DNA of 64,000 bases, taken from assembly GCA_951406725.2 (NCBI GenBank), contig OX597819.1, forward strand, positions 98,084,001 to 98,148,000, written 5' to 3'. Both the position numbers and the translations under genes were made by a program. This DNA comes from Octopus vulgaris. Its lineage: Eukaryota. Positions 37,988-51,664 of this stretch are shown in pieces (within the stretch, counting starts at the first letter, position 1; each line of letters starts with the position of its first letter). The notes beneath the pieces are model-generated. The model ran no database searches and had not been told where the DNA came from. It saw only the letters and a list, made by a program, of their open reading frames with translations.

Positions 37988-38372
37988 TATATATGCAAAC
38001 CTACGGAGTAGACTTATAAACATGGCAAATTTAACCAGTTCTCCGTAAATTGAAAAGTATGATGAACAGCTTAAATCGATTTTCGAACCTTATTGAGTTC
38101 TCATCAGGGATGTATGTATATCTTCTGACTAGTCCCAGAAAAATATTACTCGCCCAAAAAGGCGAAATTTTAAAGGAAAGAAAACTTTTCGAAATAAAGG
38201 CAAAAATCAAAATAGAATTGTCTTTGACTTCCAGTCAGCAACACAAGATAGAGGGAAAAGGTTTTGAAGTTAGATAAGATATAACTGTCTTTCGCAGTTA
38301 TCTCCAATCACAGAATACTACAGACGTATTGGTAACTAAAACATAGCAGCAGTATCAGAAGCAACAACAGTG

Positions 38373-38560
38373 GAGACGCAATGGCCCAGTGGTTAGAGCA
38401 GCGGACTTGCGGTCGTAAGAACTTGGTTTCGATTCCCAGATCGGGCATTGTGAGTGTTTATTGAGCAAAAGCACCTAAGCTCCACGAGGCTCCGGCGGGT
38501 TGGGGGTGAACCCCGCTGTACTCTTTCACCACAACTTTCTCTCACTCTTTCTTCCTACTT
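38373..38560 (+). mobile_element. tRNA-derived SINE, family C-like
   Basis: TGGCCCAGTGG A box, GGTTTCGATTCC B box, TTGAGCAAAAGCACCT core. Confidence 0.7.
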
Positions 38561-39188
38561 CTGCCACAAAGCAGAGGAGCCATGGTGTAACCCACTGTTG
38601 TGTGGTAAACTTTCAGACCCTAGTCTAGATTGCAAATCCTCTGTACCCAAGGATGGTTCAGCTCTCCACCCGTTAAAAGCCACCGTTTACGGAATGAGGA
38701 TAACAACGTAGCTTTCGCGCCCGTGCAACCGCCAGTGTATCGCGTGTGGTGGGTGGATCTTCAAGTTGCCGCTCACGCATTCTTAGTAGCTTAGAGTAGG
38801 CTCGAATTAGAGATTATTCTTTGTGGCTAATGGCGTGAGTCTTGATTGGAAGAAGAAGAAGAAGAAGAAGAAGAAGAAGACAACAACGACGACTGTAGCT
38901 GTAGCTATAGCAATGGTATGTTAATCAAAGAGGTTCTTAAAATCATCATAATCATCAGCAGTTAATCATGCGTCGCCTCCACCGCCTTCACCGCCTTCAC
39001 CACCATCAACGCCCCAATGGGATGCAATAACGTCAGCAGTAATATTAACAACATCAGTGGCAGAGGTTATCTTTGCCCTTCAGCACCCCGAATGGTCAAT
39101 AAAATAAAGTACCAGTGAAGTGTCGTCTGATCCCCGCGCCGCAAAATTGCTGTCCTTGTGCCTAAATCGGAAACCATTATTATTATAA

Positions 39189-39389
39189 GCTGGCGGAATC
39201 GTTAGCACGCCGGGATAAATGCTTAGCAGTATTTTGCCCGCTTGCACGTTCTGAGTTCAAATTCCACCGAGGTCGACTTTGCCTTTCATCCTTTCGGGGT
39301 CAATAAATTAAGTACCAATGGAGTACTGGGGTCGATGTAATCGATTTAACCCCGCCCCCCAAATTCCAGGCCTTGTGCCTATAGTAGAA

Positions 39390-39390
<1 letters not shown>
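39189..39390 (+). mobile_element. SINE family B
   Basis: Head, B box, core and AGTAGAAA tail running into (TTA)n. Confidence 0.85.
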
Positions 39391-39440
<50 letters not shown>

Positions 39441-40710
39441 GTCATTTACTTTTAATCTGCATGTTTGATGCAATCACCTGCCGGGGCACACCCAGCGCCC
39501 TAGGGCAAGTGAAGGTTAAGAGTTGTTGAAATATAGCTGAAAGCTTGGGGAGGGGAAGTAGAGAAATATCTCCATGTAATACAAACACAAACATTTACAT
39601 TGATAGGGTTTTTCTAAGGATGTGGGCAGTACTTGTTAGCACAATCTTTTGGATTTCCTTGAGACATGGTTTTCCAGGGATATTGTCTAGGTGTTTCTGA
39701 CATCCCTTTTTTATCATACCTAGGGCACCTACAATAACAGGAACAGTTTTTGTTTTAAGATTCCACATCCTCTGTATTTCGATTTCCAGGTCCTTATATT
39801 TACTAAGTTTGTCAAATTCCTTGACAGATACATTTTTATCAGTGGGGACGCTTACTTCTATTAGTCTGCAGGTATTTTCTTCCCTGTCTTTAACAATTAT
39901 GTCTGGTCGATTAGCCTTGATCGTTCTGTCAGTGTTGACTGGAAAATCCCAGAGGATGGTGACATCTTTACCTTCAACAACTGGCTGAGGATGGTGTTCA
40001 TACCAGTTAGCAGGAGTGTCGGATTTGTAGTGTTTACATATCTTCCAATGTATATACTGTCCTACCCTATCGTGGCGATTTTTGTATTCGTTTGGTGTCA
40101 GCACAGGACATCCCGAAACGAGATGGTCTATTGTTTCGTCAAATGTGTCACAGAATCTGCATTTAGGGTCAGTACCGTTTCGGAGAACGTTAGCCTGGTA
40201 ATTTCTGGTAAACAAGCTTTGATCTTGTGCTGCCATTATGAAGCCTTCAGTCTCTGCTTTCAATCCAGAACTCTTCAGCCACTGATGGGTTGTTGCTTGG
40301 TCTACATCAGCATTTTGGCTTCGGAGAATGTATTGTCCATGCAGGGGCTTCTGGCTCCACCGCCTCTCAATTTGATTCTGCCCATTCTTTTTTGCAGTCT
40401 GCCTGATTCGCTTTGCTTGCTTGGTAGCAGTGGTTTCTGGCTCTTCACCTGATTCAAGGTTAATGCCTAGTTCCCTTTCGAACTTATAAGCTTCCTTGAC
40501 AATAGAATGCAGCTTTTTGCTGCTTTCGTGTTCACACACAAGTCGCATCATCCAGTCTTTTGTACTAGATAGGTACCTGTTCATTCCTACAGTAGAGGTC
40601 TTATAGCACAGCTCCAATTGCATCATTCCTCTCCCCCGCTGCTTCTAGGTAGGTACAAGCGGTCTACATCTGCCTTAGGGTGGTGCATGCTCCTGGATGT
40701 CAGTAACTTT
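39441..40710 (-). mobile_element. Young 5'-truncated R4/Dong-like LINE
   Basis: 343-aa open frame plus a roughly 155-bp 3' UTR; (TTA)n-type arrays on both sides. Confidence 0.9.
39595..40626 (-). CDS. R4-clade ORF C-terminal part: CCHC zinc knuckle and RLE endonuclease
   Basis: CRFC..ETIDHLVSGC, RHD, NRPDII, LIEVSVP, KLSKYKDL; the upstream HPKADVDRLYLPRSSGG is separated by a frameshift; no RT core, so not a functional gene. Confidence 0.85.
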   Translation of the reverse strand: MMQLELCYKTSTVGMNRYLSSTKDWMMRLVCEHESSKKLHSIVKEAYKFERELGINLESGEEPETTATKQAKRIRQTAKKNGQNQIERRWSQKPLHGQYILRSQNADVDQATTHQWLKSSGLKAETEGFIMAAQDQSLFTRNYQANVLRNGTDPKCRFCDTFDETIDHLVSGCPVLTPNEYKNRHDRVGQYIHWKICKHYKSDTPANWYEHHPQPVVEGKDVTILWDFPVNTDRTIKANRPDIIVKDREENTCRLIEVSVPTDKNVSVKEFDKLSKYKDLEIEIQRMWNLKTKTVPVIVGALGMIKKGCQKHLDNIPGKPCLKEIQKIVLTSTAHILRKTLSM

Positions 40711-40763
40711 CTTCTTCTTCTTCTTATTATTATTATTATTATTATTATTATCATCATCATCAG

Positions 40764-40854
<91 letters not shown>

Positions 40855-40855
<1 letters not shown>

Positions 40856-41325
40856 CTTCGTAACACACTAGAGGTAAACATGCACCGGAGTCTTTAGTCA
40901 TCTGTCAAGTCACAACAAGGACTTCAGACAGATAATACTTTCCTTAAGATGTGCGCTGTGCCCAATAAGGCTGCTTTTTGTAAGACATCAATCTTGCATG
41001 GGATTTCCAGTTGCCTTAAGAAGTTTTGAAATTTCAATGGGATTGAGCCCAACGCTCCGATCACCACTGGTATCACTTTTACATTACCTTCTCACATTCC
41101 AAACGGTCTCGCCATTTCCACTTTCAAATTCGGAGTACTTGGTGATTTTTTTAAAACCTCTTTACTCACAACATTCATGTCATTTCATATGGCTACGTTA
41201 ATGATGTGACAGTATTGGTCTCGCTTATTCAATATGAACATCCGGCCGACGATGTTCGATTACACGATCCATCTGAAAATCATAGTCCCAGAGTATCGTT
41301 ATTTTCCATCCTCCTGCATAACTAT
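40855..41325 (-). mobile_element. R4/Dong-like LINE 3' fragment, degraded
   Basis: ITILWDYDFQMDRVIEHRRPDV and DVLQKAALLGTAHILRKVLSV*; (TTA)n on both sides. Confidence 0.8.
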
Positions 41326-41354
41326 TTATTATTATTATTATTGTTGTTGTTGTT

Positions 41355-41437
<83 letters not shown>

Positions 41438-42919
41438 GTGGTCGGTGAAGTTACATTTCACTTACATGTAGTGAATGAGTGGTGGGTAAGAACGATGACT
41501 TTCTCGGGAAAACTATATAGCATCGACGACGACGAACCGGCTGGTATGTCCGAAAGACCTTTGAGCTGAAGGCCATTATGGTAATTTCTGGAAATCTTTA
41601 GTCTGACAGAGCTTTCCTGTGGCACCAGCGGTTCGAGATAAACTCTAAAGGTATGAAAGTGACACTAAGAGGGATAGTCTGACATGCGTGCAGCGCGACA
41701 AAACCTTACTGTATGCACTCTCGCAGTGCTTTCGCATTGTTGACTTATTGAGTTAATTCGCATAGTTGTGTACAGGACAGACCCGATTATCGGTCCAGTC
41801 CTCCGTGAAAATTGTCCTCTTTATTAGGGTTGGGCAGCCAATTTTTTGCTCTGTCCAGTGGCAAAAGAGGTTCCGTGGTGGACATGGCTTGAAGGATTGA
41901 GCGCAGACACCGTCTTTAGTCAATCCCTCACCGGCCAAGTTCTACTTGGAAAGGAAACTGAAAATGGAAAGAAAAGTGCTTTCCTCCAGTGACTTTGTGT
42001 GACTGGAACTAATCTAAGGATGTAGAGTAGTGAACAACAGCTGGGTGAGGGTTCATGCCATTGGTAGTCAGTGTGATCTTGGACCTCTTGGTTGACTTTA
42101 TTTGGAGGCTTTCTTGTAGCTGGAAAACTGCATCGCCTATGTATTCACATATTTTCCTCTCATTTCTCGACTCTTTTCCCCACTCATCCGATATCGTGTA
42201 CCCCCACCATCACCAGCACCGCCACCACCATACAAACTGTAAACGTGTCTTTGTAATGTCCCCTTCGTGGGACGTCTGCACCTATGATGTCCTTATTGTC
42301 GTCATCAAGTTGTTTTTAACTATTTCATGAAAATTTCTTCTTCACTACCAGCGTCACTTCAATATTCCTGTGCTGTGTGCCCCATTGTCCTTTATAAAGG
42401 CATATAATGGTGTTGTATATTACAAAATTTTTTCTTTGTTTTAGGATTTGTTTTTTTGTTTCTAGTATTATGTTAATGTATCGTCTGCTGTGTAAACTAT
42501 GTACAATATGAGTTATGTTATTATGCAGGGTGGTGTTTGTGACTCGTATATACTTTGTGATTGGTGTTATGCGTTTTAGTGCCGGTTGGTATTGGATGAG
42601 TTATGTTTTGCTAACGGCTGGCAACTATGTGGAATGCAAGTTGATTGAATTGTTGGTGTTGTAGTATTGAGTATTGATTATTTAACTGTATCTGTTGTTG
42701 ATGGTGATTCTGTTGGGTAAGTGCTGAAGGGGTTGTGCTGTTTGGTGGTTTATATGTAGGGTTCGTATTGCGTGAAGTAACTATTCAGTATATGATATGT
42801 AATTTGCACAGAGAGTGAACTCTATCAGTGTTATATGATTTACGTACAGAGTATACTGTTTGAGTTGTGCTATCGAACTGAATGCGTTTTTTTTCGGTAT
42901 GCGAGCGGTGTCTTACAGA

Positions 42920-43560
42920 CCTACGTTTCGAACAGTGAATAACGTTGTGAGCCCAAATACGAAGCCTTGTAACTATAATAGTTTGCCTTCCAGTCTTTTT
43001 TTATTATTCCCAAGGTAATCACAATTATAAAGATTGTGTCTGTTTTCAGGCCCCACCTTATCATTATTTCTATTTCCAAATCTTTATATTTGGATAATTT
43101 CTCCACGTCTTTTAGAGATATGATATCATCTGATATATCAATTAAGAGGCATTTCATTTTCTGCTGTTGTTATTAACAATATCTGGTCGATTACTCCGAA
43201 CTCCCTGTGTGTGTGTGTTTGCATATCCCCGGTTAGAGTCGTTTTTCCGTTCACTTAGAACTTTTCAAGAGTATCCTATAGCACTTCTCCTCTGATTTAA
43301 TTTCATAATGTTAGCATAACTTCCAGTGTATGTAATTCTCTTCTCTGCTATGCCTATAGATATATTCTTTCTTGGCTGTGGATGGGCACCCAGAAGCAAT
43401 GGGCTTAATATTCTGATTCGTTACAAGCTCTTGACGGTTTCTGGTCGAAAGGATTTTTTACCTTAGCAGTAATCAAGAAACTTCCAGTCACATCTTTCAG
43501 CTCTGCACTTTCTCAGTTTGCGAATTTTGTTTGTCTTCGTCCACCCTGTCCAACTTTTTC
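42920..43560 (-). mobile_element. R4/Dong-like LINE fragment, old
   Basis: CLLIDIS..EKLSKYKDLEIEI..WGLKT..IVITLGII; boundaries approximate. Confidence 0.7.
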
Positions 43561-44557
43561 GGGTATTGTATGTTTATATGCTCGTATACACATTTCAAAC
43601 AAAACAGCCTGCCCCACCTTTTCCTCAACTTCCTCCATTACTCTCCCTTCCACTTGCTTTTCAGAAAAAAATGTGTCCCTAGATTATTTTCCCAACTATG
43701 AGGTAATATTTATCCCCACTCAAACGTGGATGTTCAATTAGACTAAACTTTACTACCGTATTACATCTAATTGAAAATCAACGTTTAAGTGAGGATAAAT
43801 GTTACCTCTCGGTATTAATACGGCTTCTGTCGCTAATATACATTTCACAATTACATATTCTCTCACATGAACCTATTTTATATTACTTTGATACAGCAGC
43901 TGGAACGTAACATACGGCAATTTGTCACGAAGCTTTAAAGATATCACACACGCATACACAAAAATATATATAAATATATTAACATGCATGTGTGCGTATG
44001 TATATATACGTTTATGTATGTATGTATGTATGTATGTATGTATGTATGTATGTATGTATGTATGTATGTATGTATGTATGTATGTATGTATGTATGTATG
44101 TATGTATGTATGTATGTATGTATGTATGTATGTATGCATGCATACATACATGTATGTATGTATGTATGTATGTATGTATGTATGTATGTATGTATGTATG
44201 TATGTATGTATGTATGTATGTATGCATTCTTATGTGTGTTTGCGTGTGTATGCGTGTATTTAAAGGAGAGAAACACAACAAAACAAAATGCTGAAAAAGC
44301 TCCTGCGTAAAGATTGAACTTCCAATGTTCGATATTTCTGCCAACAGTTCTCAGTCGATTTGAATAATTGACAATTAGTTTATGGTCTAAAGTAGTCGCA
44401 AAAGCACGTTAAGTGAAGTATACACACATAGACACACATGTGTATTATATATTGGTGTATGTGTTTCAATATACGTGTGTGTGTGTGTTCGTGTGCGTGT
44501 ATTATGTGCGTGTGTATGTGCGTGTGTCTATAAGTATGTAATCGTATATGTGTATAC

Positions 44558-44621
<64 letters not shown>

Positions 44622-44989
44622 TATATGTACTTGCAAGTACTTGCAAACACGCACCTATTTGTGTATATGTATGTATGTATGTGTACAGAGAGAGAGAGTG
44701 GGGGAGGAAAGACAGAGAAAAGTTTGGAGGGAAATAAAGAGAAATTGGGGGGAAGAAAGAAAGAGGGAGAAGAATCAGAAATAAAATCAAATTGTGAATG
44801 TTAGAAATAAATCAACATAATTTCAGTAATATGGCAGACTTGACAATATGTTTAGAGTAAAGGGAGGTTATTAAAACGTCAAATAGAAGAAATTGTCATG
44901 TGATATATATTGCCAATGGGACTGAGAGAAAGTTAAAGTATTGTTAGATTAAGTGTTGCATAACATAGAAATATCTCTCTCTAGATATA

Positions 44990-45403
44990 GAGATAGTGTT
45001 GCAAAAATTGATGGATCCTGCCAGCCCTTACTACTGGCAATCTCTCACTGCTTCATTCTGCTACTCCTACACCTTATTATTACGATGTTTCCAATGATGG
45101 ACGGTAGATGGAGAAATCGCTACAGGCTGAGCGATGTTTAGTTAGTTTTTCTAGATAGTGAGTTCTATTCCTGCTTATGTTGGATCTGATGTTGATTCCT
45201 CTGGAGTGGGTCCTGTGAAGTGCCAGTTTCAATATTGAGGTTAATCTTATTGACTCTAATTCTCTCCCTACCACCAGTTTCAAGTTCTCCGACCAGATTC
45301 TTCTCTTCTATGTTTCAAATCTAACTGAACCCTTCTCGAACCTCATGTTTATTCCGGAAGCTAGAGATCCATCCCCAGAGAGAGAAAGAAGGAGAGAGAG
45401 AAG

Positions 45404-45437
<34 letters not shown>

Positions 45438-46430
45438 GCTACCAAGGTACACAAGAGAACCCACGTTGAGTCTGCGCCCTTGGACAAGTATACCGCATAA
45501 ATTTTACCTGGAGCTGATGAGAACACCAGCTGGATCTTCTTCAGCTCTATTATAAGTCCAAAAGCAGTACAAGCCCTGAAGAAGAGGTTCATTATTTTTT
45601 TAATGTCTTATTTTGAGTGATCCTCAAAATCCCTGATCACCAACAAATAACACACCATGAATAAGACGTATAAACTCTTTATTTTTTTACCTCAGATTTA
45701 ACAGTTTACTTGCCACATCAAAGACTTTAAACCCATTAATAATCAACACTGCAAAATATATGGAAAATAGTGCAGGTTTATACCTGTATTTGACAACGTT
45801 ATTCGGTGGAATCGGTTCCGACAGAGCACTATTTTACTTGAAGGTCATTTTATCAATGTGTAGTTGGAGAAACAAATCAACAAACTCCAACTTTTCAAAG
45901 ATTATCCACTGTGCATTTCTATTCTTCATTTTGGAAACTTGGTATAATTTGCTCTTAATAGATGGTGATCTAACCAAAGTGTAACCCATGCAAAACTAAC
46001 TCTAGAGAGATCACGAATATTGTGCTTAAGTATTATGACAAATTAAATAAGCTGACTCTGTGTCAACTGAGATTGGATCTAGGTAACTTTATGCATGAGT
46101 GTCTGGTGGAACAGCGTATTGCCTGCCACAAGACCCAGCTCAGAGCATGGCTGGAGCAGGATTAGACCAATATTGTTCATTTTACGCGTGCCGAAGCGCT
46201 TCAAATTAGACCATGTATTGCAGTTCTGGCATCGAAATCACAAGATAGGAAATCACAAGAATTTGTCGAAGTCGGGGTGGTAACAATATTTCTAAGAATC
46301 TTGTAGAAAAGGAAATACAGTTCCTCCCGTTGATGTGTTGGTGTACACACAGAGGCACCGAGAAAAGGTACATGGCGCTCACAAAATATCGGTAAGCTAA
46401 GCTTAATGTTTCGGTCACTCACGTTAGATG
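44990..46430 (-). mobile_element. RTE LINE relic with APE endonuclease and RT fragments
   Basis: SVCTPT..FY..LSCDFDAR..NIGLILLQPCSELGL (APE-like), QLH..LSEPIP.NNVVK (RT) and MNLFFRACTAFGLIIELKK. Confidence 0.6.
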
Positions 46431-46667
46431 ATAGTTCGTGTAATCTATCGTCTAGATTCTACACCATTGCAAAGCCATCTCTGTCCTCTCGATTCTCATC
46501 TCTGCCCTCCACCTCTAAATAAAAAAAACACTGTCGCTACTACCCATTTCAATTAGCATCTAGATGATGCCATGTTACATATTAGTTTGCGTGTCAAGTA
46601 TAGTCGCCTTGTTTAACTTTAGCTGGGCGATAGTAAGCAATGGCTGAAAGGAAATAGATTGTTTAGC

Positions 46668-46960
46668 CTGCATGGCCTAATGGTTAGAGCTTTACACTCA
46701 CGATCACGAGATCGTGGTTTCAATTCCTAAACCGGGTGGTGTGTCGTGTTCTTGAGCAAAACACCTCATTTCACGTTGCCCTGCGATCACTTCGACACCT
46801 GACACGCAGAACAATGTGCACCTGTTCAGGCAACGTCGATTTAATGGTGAGAGTGAGCTAATTTGTGGCACAAACATTTGATCACTATAAACAAATCATT
46901 AGTACAGATCGTTCGGCAAAATCTGAATGCTCATACGTCGTCTTCGACGGGACAGTCCAT
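46668..46960 (+). mobile_element. tRNA-derived SINE, family C-like
   Basis: TGGCCTAATGG A box, GGTTTCAATTCC B box, TTGAGCAAAACAC core. Confidence 0.7.
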
Positions 46961-47204
46961 TATCGGATAATTCTGAATAAATTTTACATGGGCCACCGAG
47001 CGATAAGGTTTCCGGGCTCTCAGCAGCTGTTTCTTTTAGTGTGAAATAGTTTTAACAGTAACAGTAGGATAGAGCGGTTTCTTGTAGATGGATATCACAG
47101 ATTACAACTTTCAATATCCAATGCTTAGAAAATTAACTTCATTTAAATATATTCAAATTAAAGTCTATCTATTTATCTATCTATCTAGCTAGCTATCCAC
47201 ACTC

Positions 47205-47592
47205 GCTTAGCGGCATTTCGTCTGCCGTTACGTTCTGAGTTCAAATTCTGCCGAGGTCGACTTTGCCTTTCATCCTTTCGGGATCGATAAATTAAGTACC
47301 AGTTACGCATTGGGGTCGATGTAACCGATTTAATCCCTTTGTCTGTCCTTGTTTGTCCCCTCTATGTTTAGTCCCTTATGGGCAATAAAGAAATAAGAAA
47401 CTTTAGCACGCTTGGCGAAATGTTTAGCGGTATTTCGTTTGTCTTTATGTTCTGAGTTCAAATTCCGCAGAGGTCGACTTTGCCTTTCAACCTTTCGGGG
47501 TCGATTAATTAAATACCAGTACTGGGGTTGATTTAATCGACTGACCCCTTCTCCCGAAATTTCGGGCCTTGTGCCTAGAGTAAAAAAGAATA
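47205..47592 (+). mobile_element. Dimeric SINE family B
   Basis: Two consecutive GTTCTGAGTTCAAATT..GCCTTTCA units, mirroring 19364-19794. Confidence 0.85.
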
Positions 47593-47630
47593 TATCTGCC
47601 CACCTGTCTACCTGCCTACCTACCTGTCTG

Positions 47631-47777
<147 letters not shown>

Positions 47778-48399
47778 GTCTGTCTGTCTATATATCCAAC
47801 CATCTATCACTAAATAGCGAGCATGAGTGTTTCCATGGTTGATGTTAATATGCCACAAGGTGCCGCTGACATCAGTAAAACAGAATACCTGGTGATTTTA
47901 CCTGAAGAAATCATTAATTCGAAACATTATCTTAGAATAAGAGAGAAGTTAACTCTAGCCGCCCCTGTCAGTAAAAAGAAATGATATTAACTGGGAGGGA
48001 TATGTCATCTAAGTAATGTTTTAATTGCGTCCACGGCCTTTAAGGTATGACTGTAGCAGCGTATCTGGCTCACTAGGAGGTCTCCATAGTTTGACAGCTT
48101 GCTTGTTCAGCTAAATTGAGCTAATTCTATTGTACATCCGTATTAAATAGATAAAAAGAAAAATATCAGATAAACATATAAAAAAATAGAGGACATTGGA
48201 AGAGGCTGATAACTGAATAGAACGTCGAAAATAAGATGTTTCTTGGAGATCAAATGCTTGGTGAAAGATGAAAGTGTTGAGCTGGGCCAGGCCGACATAC
48301 CGCATGTTCGAGTGGGGATGATACACGTTACACACACACAAAGATAGATAGACAGACAGACATATGTACATACGTACATAGATATGCCTGTATGTACGT

Positions 48400-48432
<33 letters not shown>

Positions 48433-48435
48433 TTT

Positions 48436-48504
<69 letters not shown>

Positions 48505-49899
48505 TGTATATGTGAATGTATGTATGTGAGCGTGTGTAGGTGGGGTTAGTGTATTGACTCAAAATTTGAGTCGATAGCAGGGCCAAGGCAAATGGTTATC
48601 CGTATCCCGACACCGCTATTACATTGTCTACATTGTCTTCATAATGAAAACATTTTATTCGCCTCTACTCAGTCCACATACCAACAAACAGGCACCACCA
48701 CGTTGTACAAAATATGTCAACGTAAAGAAGAAAAGTAATGTAAAATCGGTAAGAAAGGTTCCTGTAGCTCAGTGATAGAGTATAAGGACAGTTACTAGAT
48801 TTGGTAGGTTAATGACGTTGCTATTTCTTTTCTATTTGATCTGTCTGTGAGAAGTCTCTGTGCCCACGGTTCATGAACTCATCTAGATCGGTGAGACTGA
48901 AACCATTAACTTCCCGATTACTTTCTTGGGAGACGAAAACTGTAGGAAAGACATGTTTAAAGAGAAAATTCCAGAGGGTTACTATTATGGAAAAAAGGCT
49001 TATAAATAAAATAAATGAATAAATAAATAAACGATTGAGTTTTGTGGTTTGTGGGACCAAGAAGTTAGTTACACAAAATATGAGTGATGAGATGGGGAAA
49101 GATAAATGAGTGGAGAACGTACGAGTAAAGATGGCACGAGATCAAACAGTTCCTAGTAATTATCAGTAAAGGTAAAGGAAAGAGCTATTAGGACTGAAGG
49201 TTAGGTGTGTTTGGTTGTGACTTCAGGCTTATATATCCAGTGATTTCTTTTTTATTTTGAATCTGAACTTGGGTACCTGTGTGTGGAGAAGAAGTACCCT
49301 ATTGTGGTACTCCTTTGGGCTGCGTAGCTGCTTTGTGGTTGATGAAGGACAAGATAATTTCTTGTGTATAAGGACAGTTAGCTAGGTTGTAGTTATGATT
49401 TAAGTTGACATAGGATAGACTGGAAAACTTAAGAAGTCCATCAGTATGTGCGTGTGCGCGCATGTATGTGCGTGTGGAGAGAGAGAAAGAGAGAGAGAAA
49501 TAGAAAAAGATATTTATAAACACACACGCACATGTATACTTACATATACATACACATATATATATACATATATATACACATATATATATACACACATCCA
49601 CAAACACAAATACACATACAAATATGTATATATATATATATATATATAACGGAAGAGGTTGTTCTTGAATTTGAATAGAGAGAGAGGTGGGGAGAGGGAG
49701 ATAGATCGGCGAAATCAGAGTAAAAGAAAAGAAAAAAGTGCATAAATGCATAAAGTGAGTTATTAGACATGTTCATAATAGGGACAAAAGCGAAAAGAAT
49801 GAATGAAGAATATTAAGAAGTTATTGGTTTGCTTATATTGTACTCGTCCTGTTTACTACAATGTGGAAGCATGAATTTATTCCACAAAAATTCAAAGAT

Positions 49900-50299
49900 G
49901 CCTGCATTGAACACCTCTGTAAAACAAAAGGAAACACCCAACAGTATGACAACCATAGAAGCATATGACACGATGCCATTTGCAGGGAAAATCCTAGCAA
50001 GGATTATGCTCAATTGGCTGATACAGTATATTGAGTCTGGACTTCTTCCTGAAAGTCAATGTAGTTTCCGGAAAATTCGCGGTATTATGGACATGATCTT
50101 TGCTGCAAGACAGCTTCAAGAAAAATGTGTCAGGAGCAAGATAAATACCTCTACTGAATTCATTGACCTGACCAAGGCTTCTGATACTGTAAGTAGACAA
50201 GATCGCTGGAAAATAATGAAGAAAGTTGGTTCCCCAGTCAAGTTCATTGACATGGCGCATCAATTTCACGCTTGTATTTTGAATGATAGAGAATACTTG

Positions 50300-50347
<48 letters not shown>

Positions 50348-51245
50348 ATATATAATTTTATCTGTTTATCTTGCTTCAGGCATTTGACTGCGGCCATGCT
50401 GGGGCACCATCTTGACGGGTTTTAGTTGATCAAATCGTTCCTCGGGATTATTATTTTTTAAAGCCTGGCACTTATTCTATTGGTCACTTTTGCCAAACGG
50501 CTAAGTTACAGGGACATCAACAGACCATTACCGATTGTCAAGCGGTGGTGGGGGACAAGTACAGACACAAATACACACACGTAGATATATACATACACAT
50601 TTATACGTCAGGTTTCCTTCAGTTTCCATCTACCATATCCGCTCACAAGACTTTGGTCGATCCGAGACTATATTAGAAGATGCCTAACGAAGGTGCCGTA
50701 ATAAATGGTGTGAAGCAGAGTTGTGTTCTAGTATCCACACTCTTCAGCTTGATGTCTAGCACAGTGTTTCACGATGTATTCTCTCTTGAAACACCTGGCA
50801 GCCAGATCAAATACAGACATGATGGTGGTCTTTTAAAATCAGACGCCTGAAACCAAAACAAAACCAGGATCATTGTTACAAGGGAACTTCTTTTTGCAGA
50901 TGACTGTGCCCTCAATGCAAACTATAAATTAGTTCTTTGACAGAGCTTAGAGAACTTTGCATCGGCTTGTGATGACTACGATCTCACAGCCAGTTTCAGA
51001 AGCCCAAGTCAAATAAGAAAAACCTTACGATGAGCCACTCCTGACAGTCAACAACCAACCTCTCCAAACTGTAGAGATACATCTACATTGGAAGTACACC
51101 GTCAAGAAGTGTTCACATTGATGATGAAGTGAATGCAAGGCTACCAAAAATCAAGTCAGCTATTGGTCGTTTTCATCACAAGGTTTGGAAAAGACTTGGC
51201 CTAACTATAAAAACAAAACCCGACATATACGAAGCTGTCGTGGTG
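49900..51245 (+). mobile_element. RTE LINE reverse transcriptase relic interrupted by microsatellite and SINE
   Basis: GKILARIMLN..LLPESQCSFR..DMIFAARQLQEKC..FIDLTKASDTV, then NGVKQSCVL and RELLFADDCAL. Confidence 0.85.
50352..50698 (-). mobile_element. SINE family A, 5'-truncated
   Basis: Family body; inverted partner of 51245-51650. Confidence 0.85.
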
Positions 51246-51650
51246 ACTGTGTGGTAAGAAGCTTACTTTCCAATCACATGAATCCGGTTCAGTCCCATTG
51301 CGTGGTACTTTCGTTAGGTGTCTTCTAATATAGTCTCGGGCCGACTAAAGCCTTCTGAGCGGAGTTGGTAGATGGAAACTGAAGGAAACCTGTCGTATAA
51401 ATGTATATGTATATATCTACGCGTGTGTGTGTTTGTGTCTATGCTTGTCCCCCACCACCGCTTGACAATCGGTGTTGGTGTGTTGATATCACTGTAGCTT
51501 AGCGGTTTGGCAAAAGTAACCAATAGAATAAGTACCAAGCTTTAAAAAAATAATCCCGAAGTACGATTTGTTCACCTAAAACCCTTCAAGGTGGTGCCCC
51601 AGCATGGTCATAGTCAAATGCCTGAAGCAAGATAAACAAATAAAATTATA
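51245..51650 (+). mobile_element. SINE family A
   Basis: Head GACTGTGTGGTAAG through family tail. Confidence 0.85.
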
Positions 51651-51664
51651 TATACATCAATATA

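Noticed and set aside
38575-38880. Possible LINE 3' end with (GAA)n tail
   Set aside because: The tail is suggestive, but no reliable protein motif allows classification.
41520-42130. GC-richer unique-looking segment, possibly a LINE 5' UTR with an HDV-like ribozyme
   Set aside because: I could not trace a nested double pseudoknot or a coding motif by eye.
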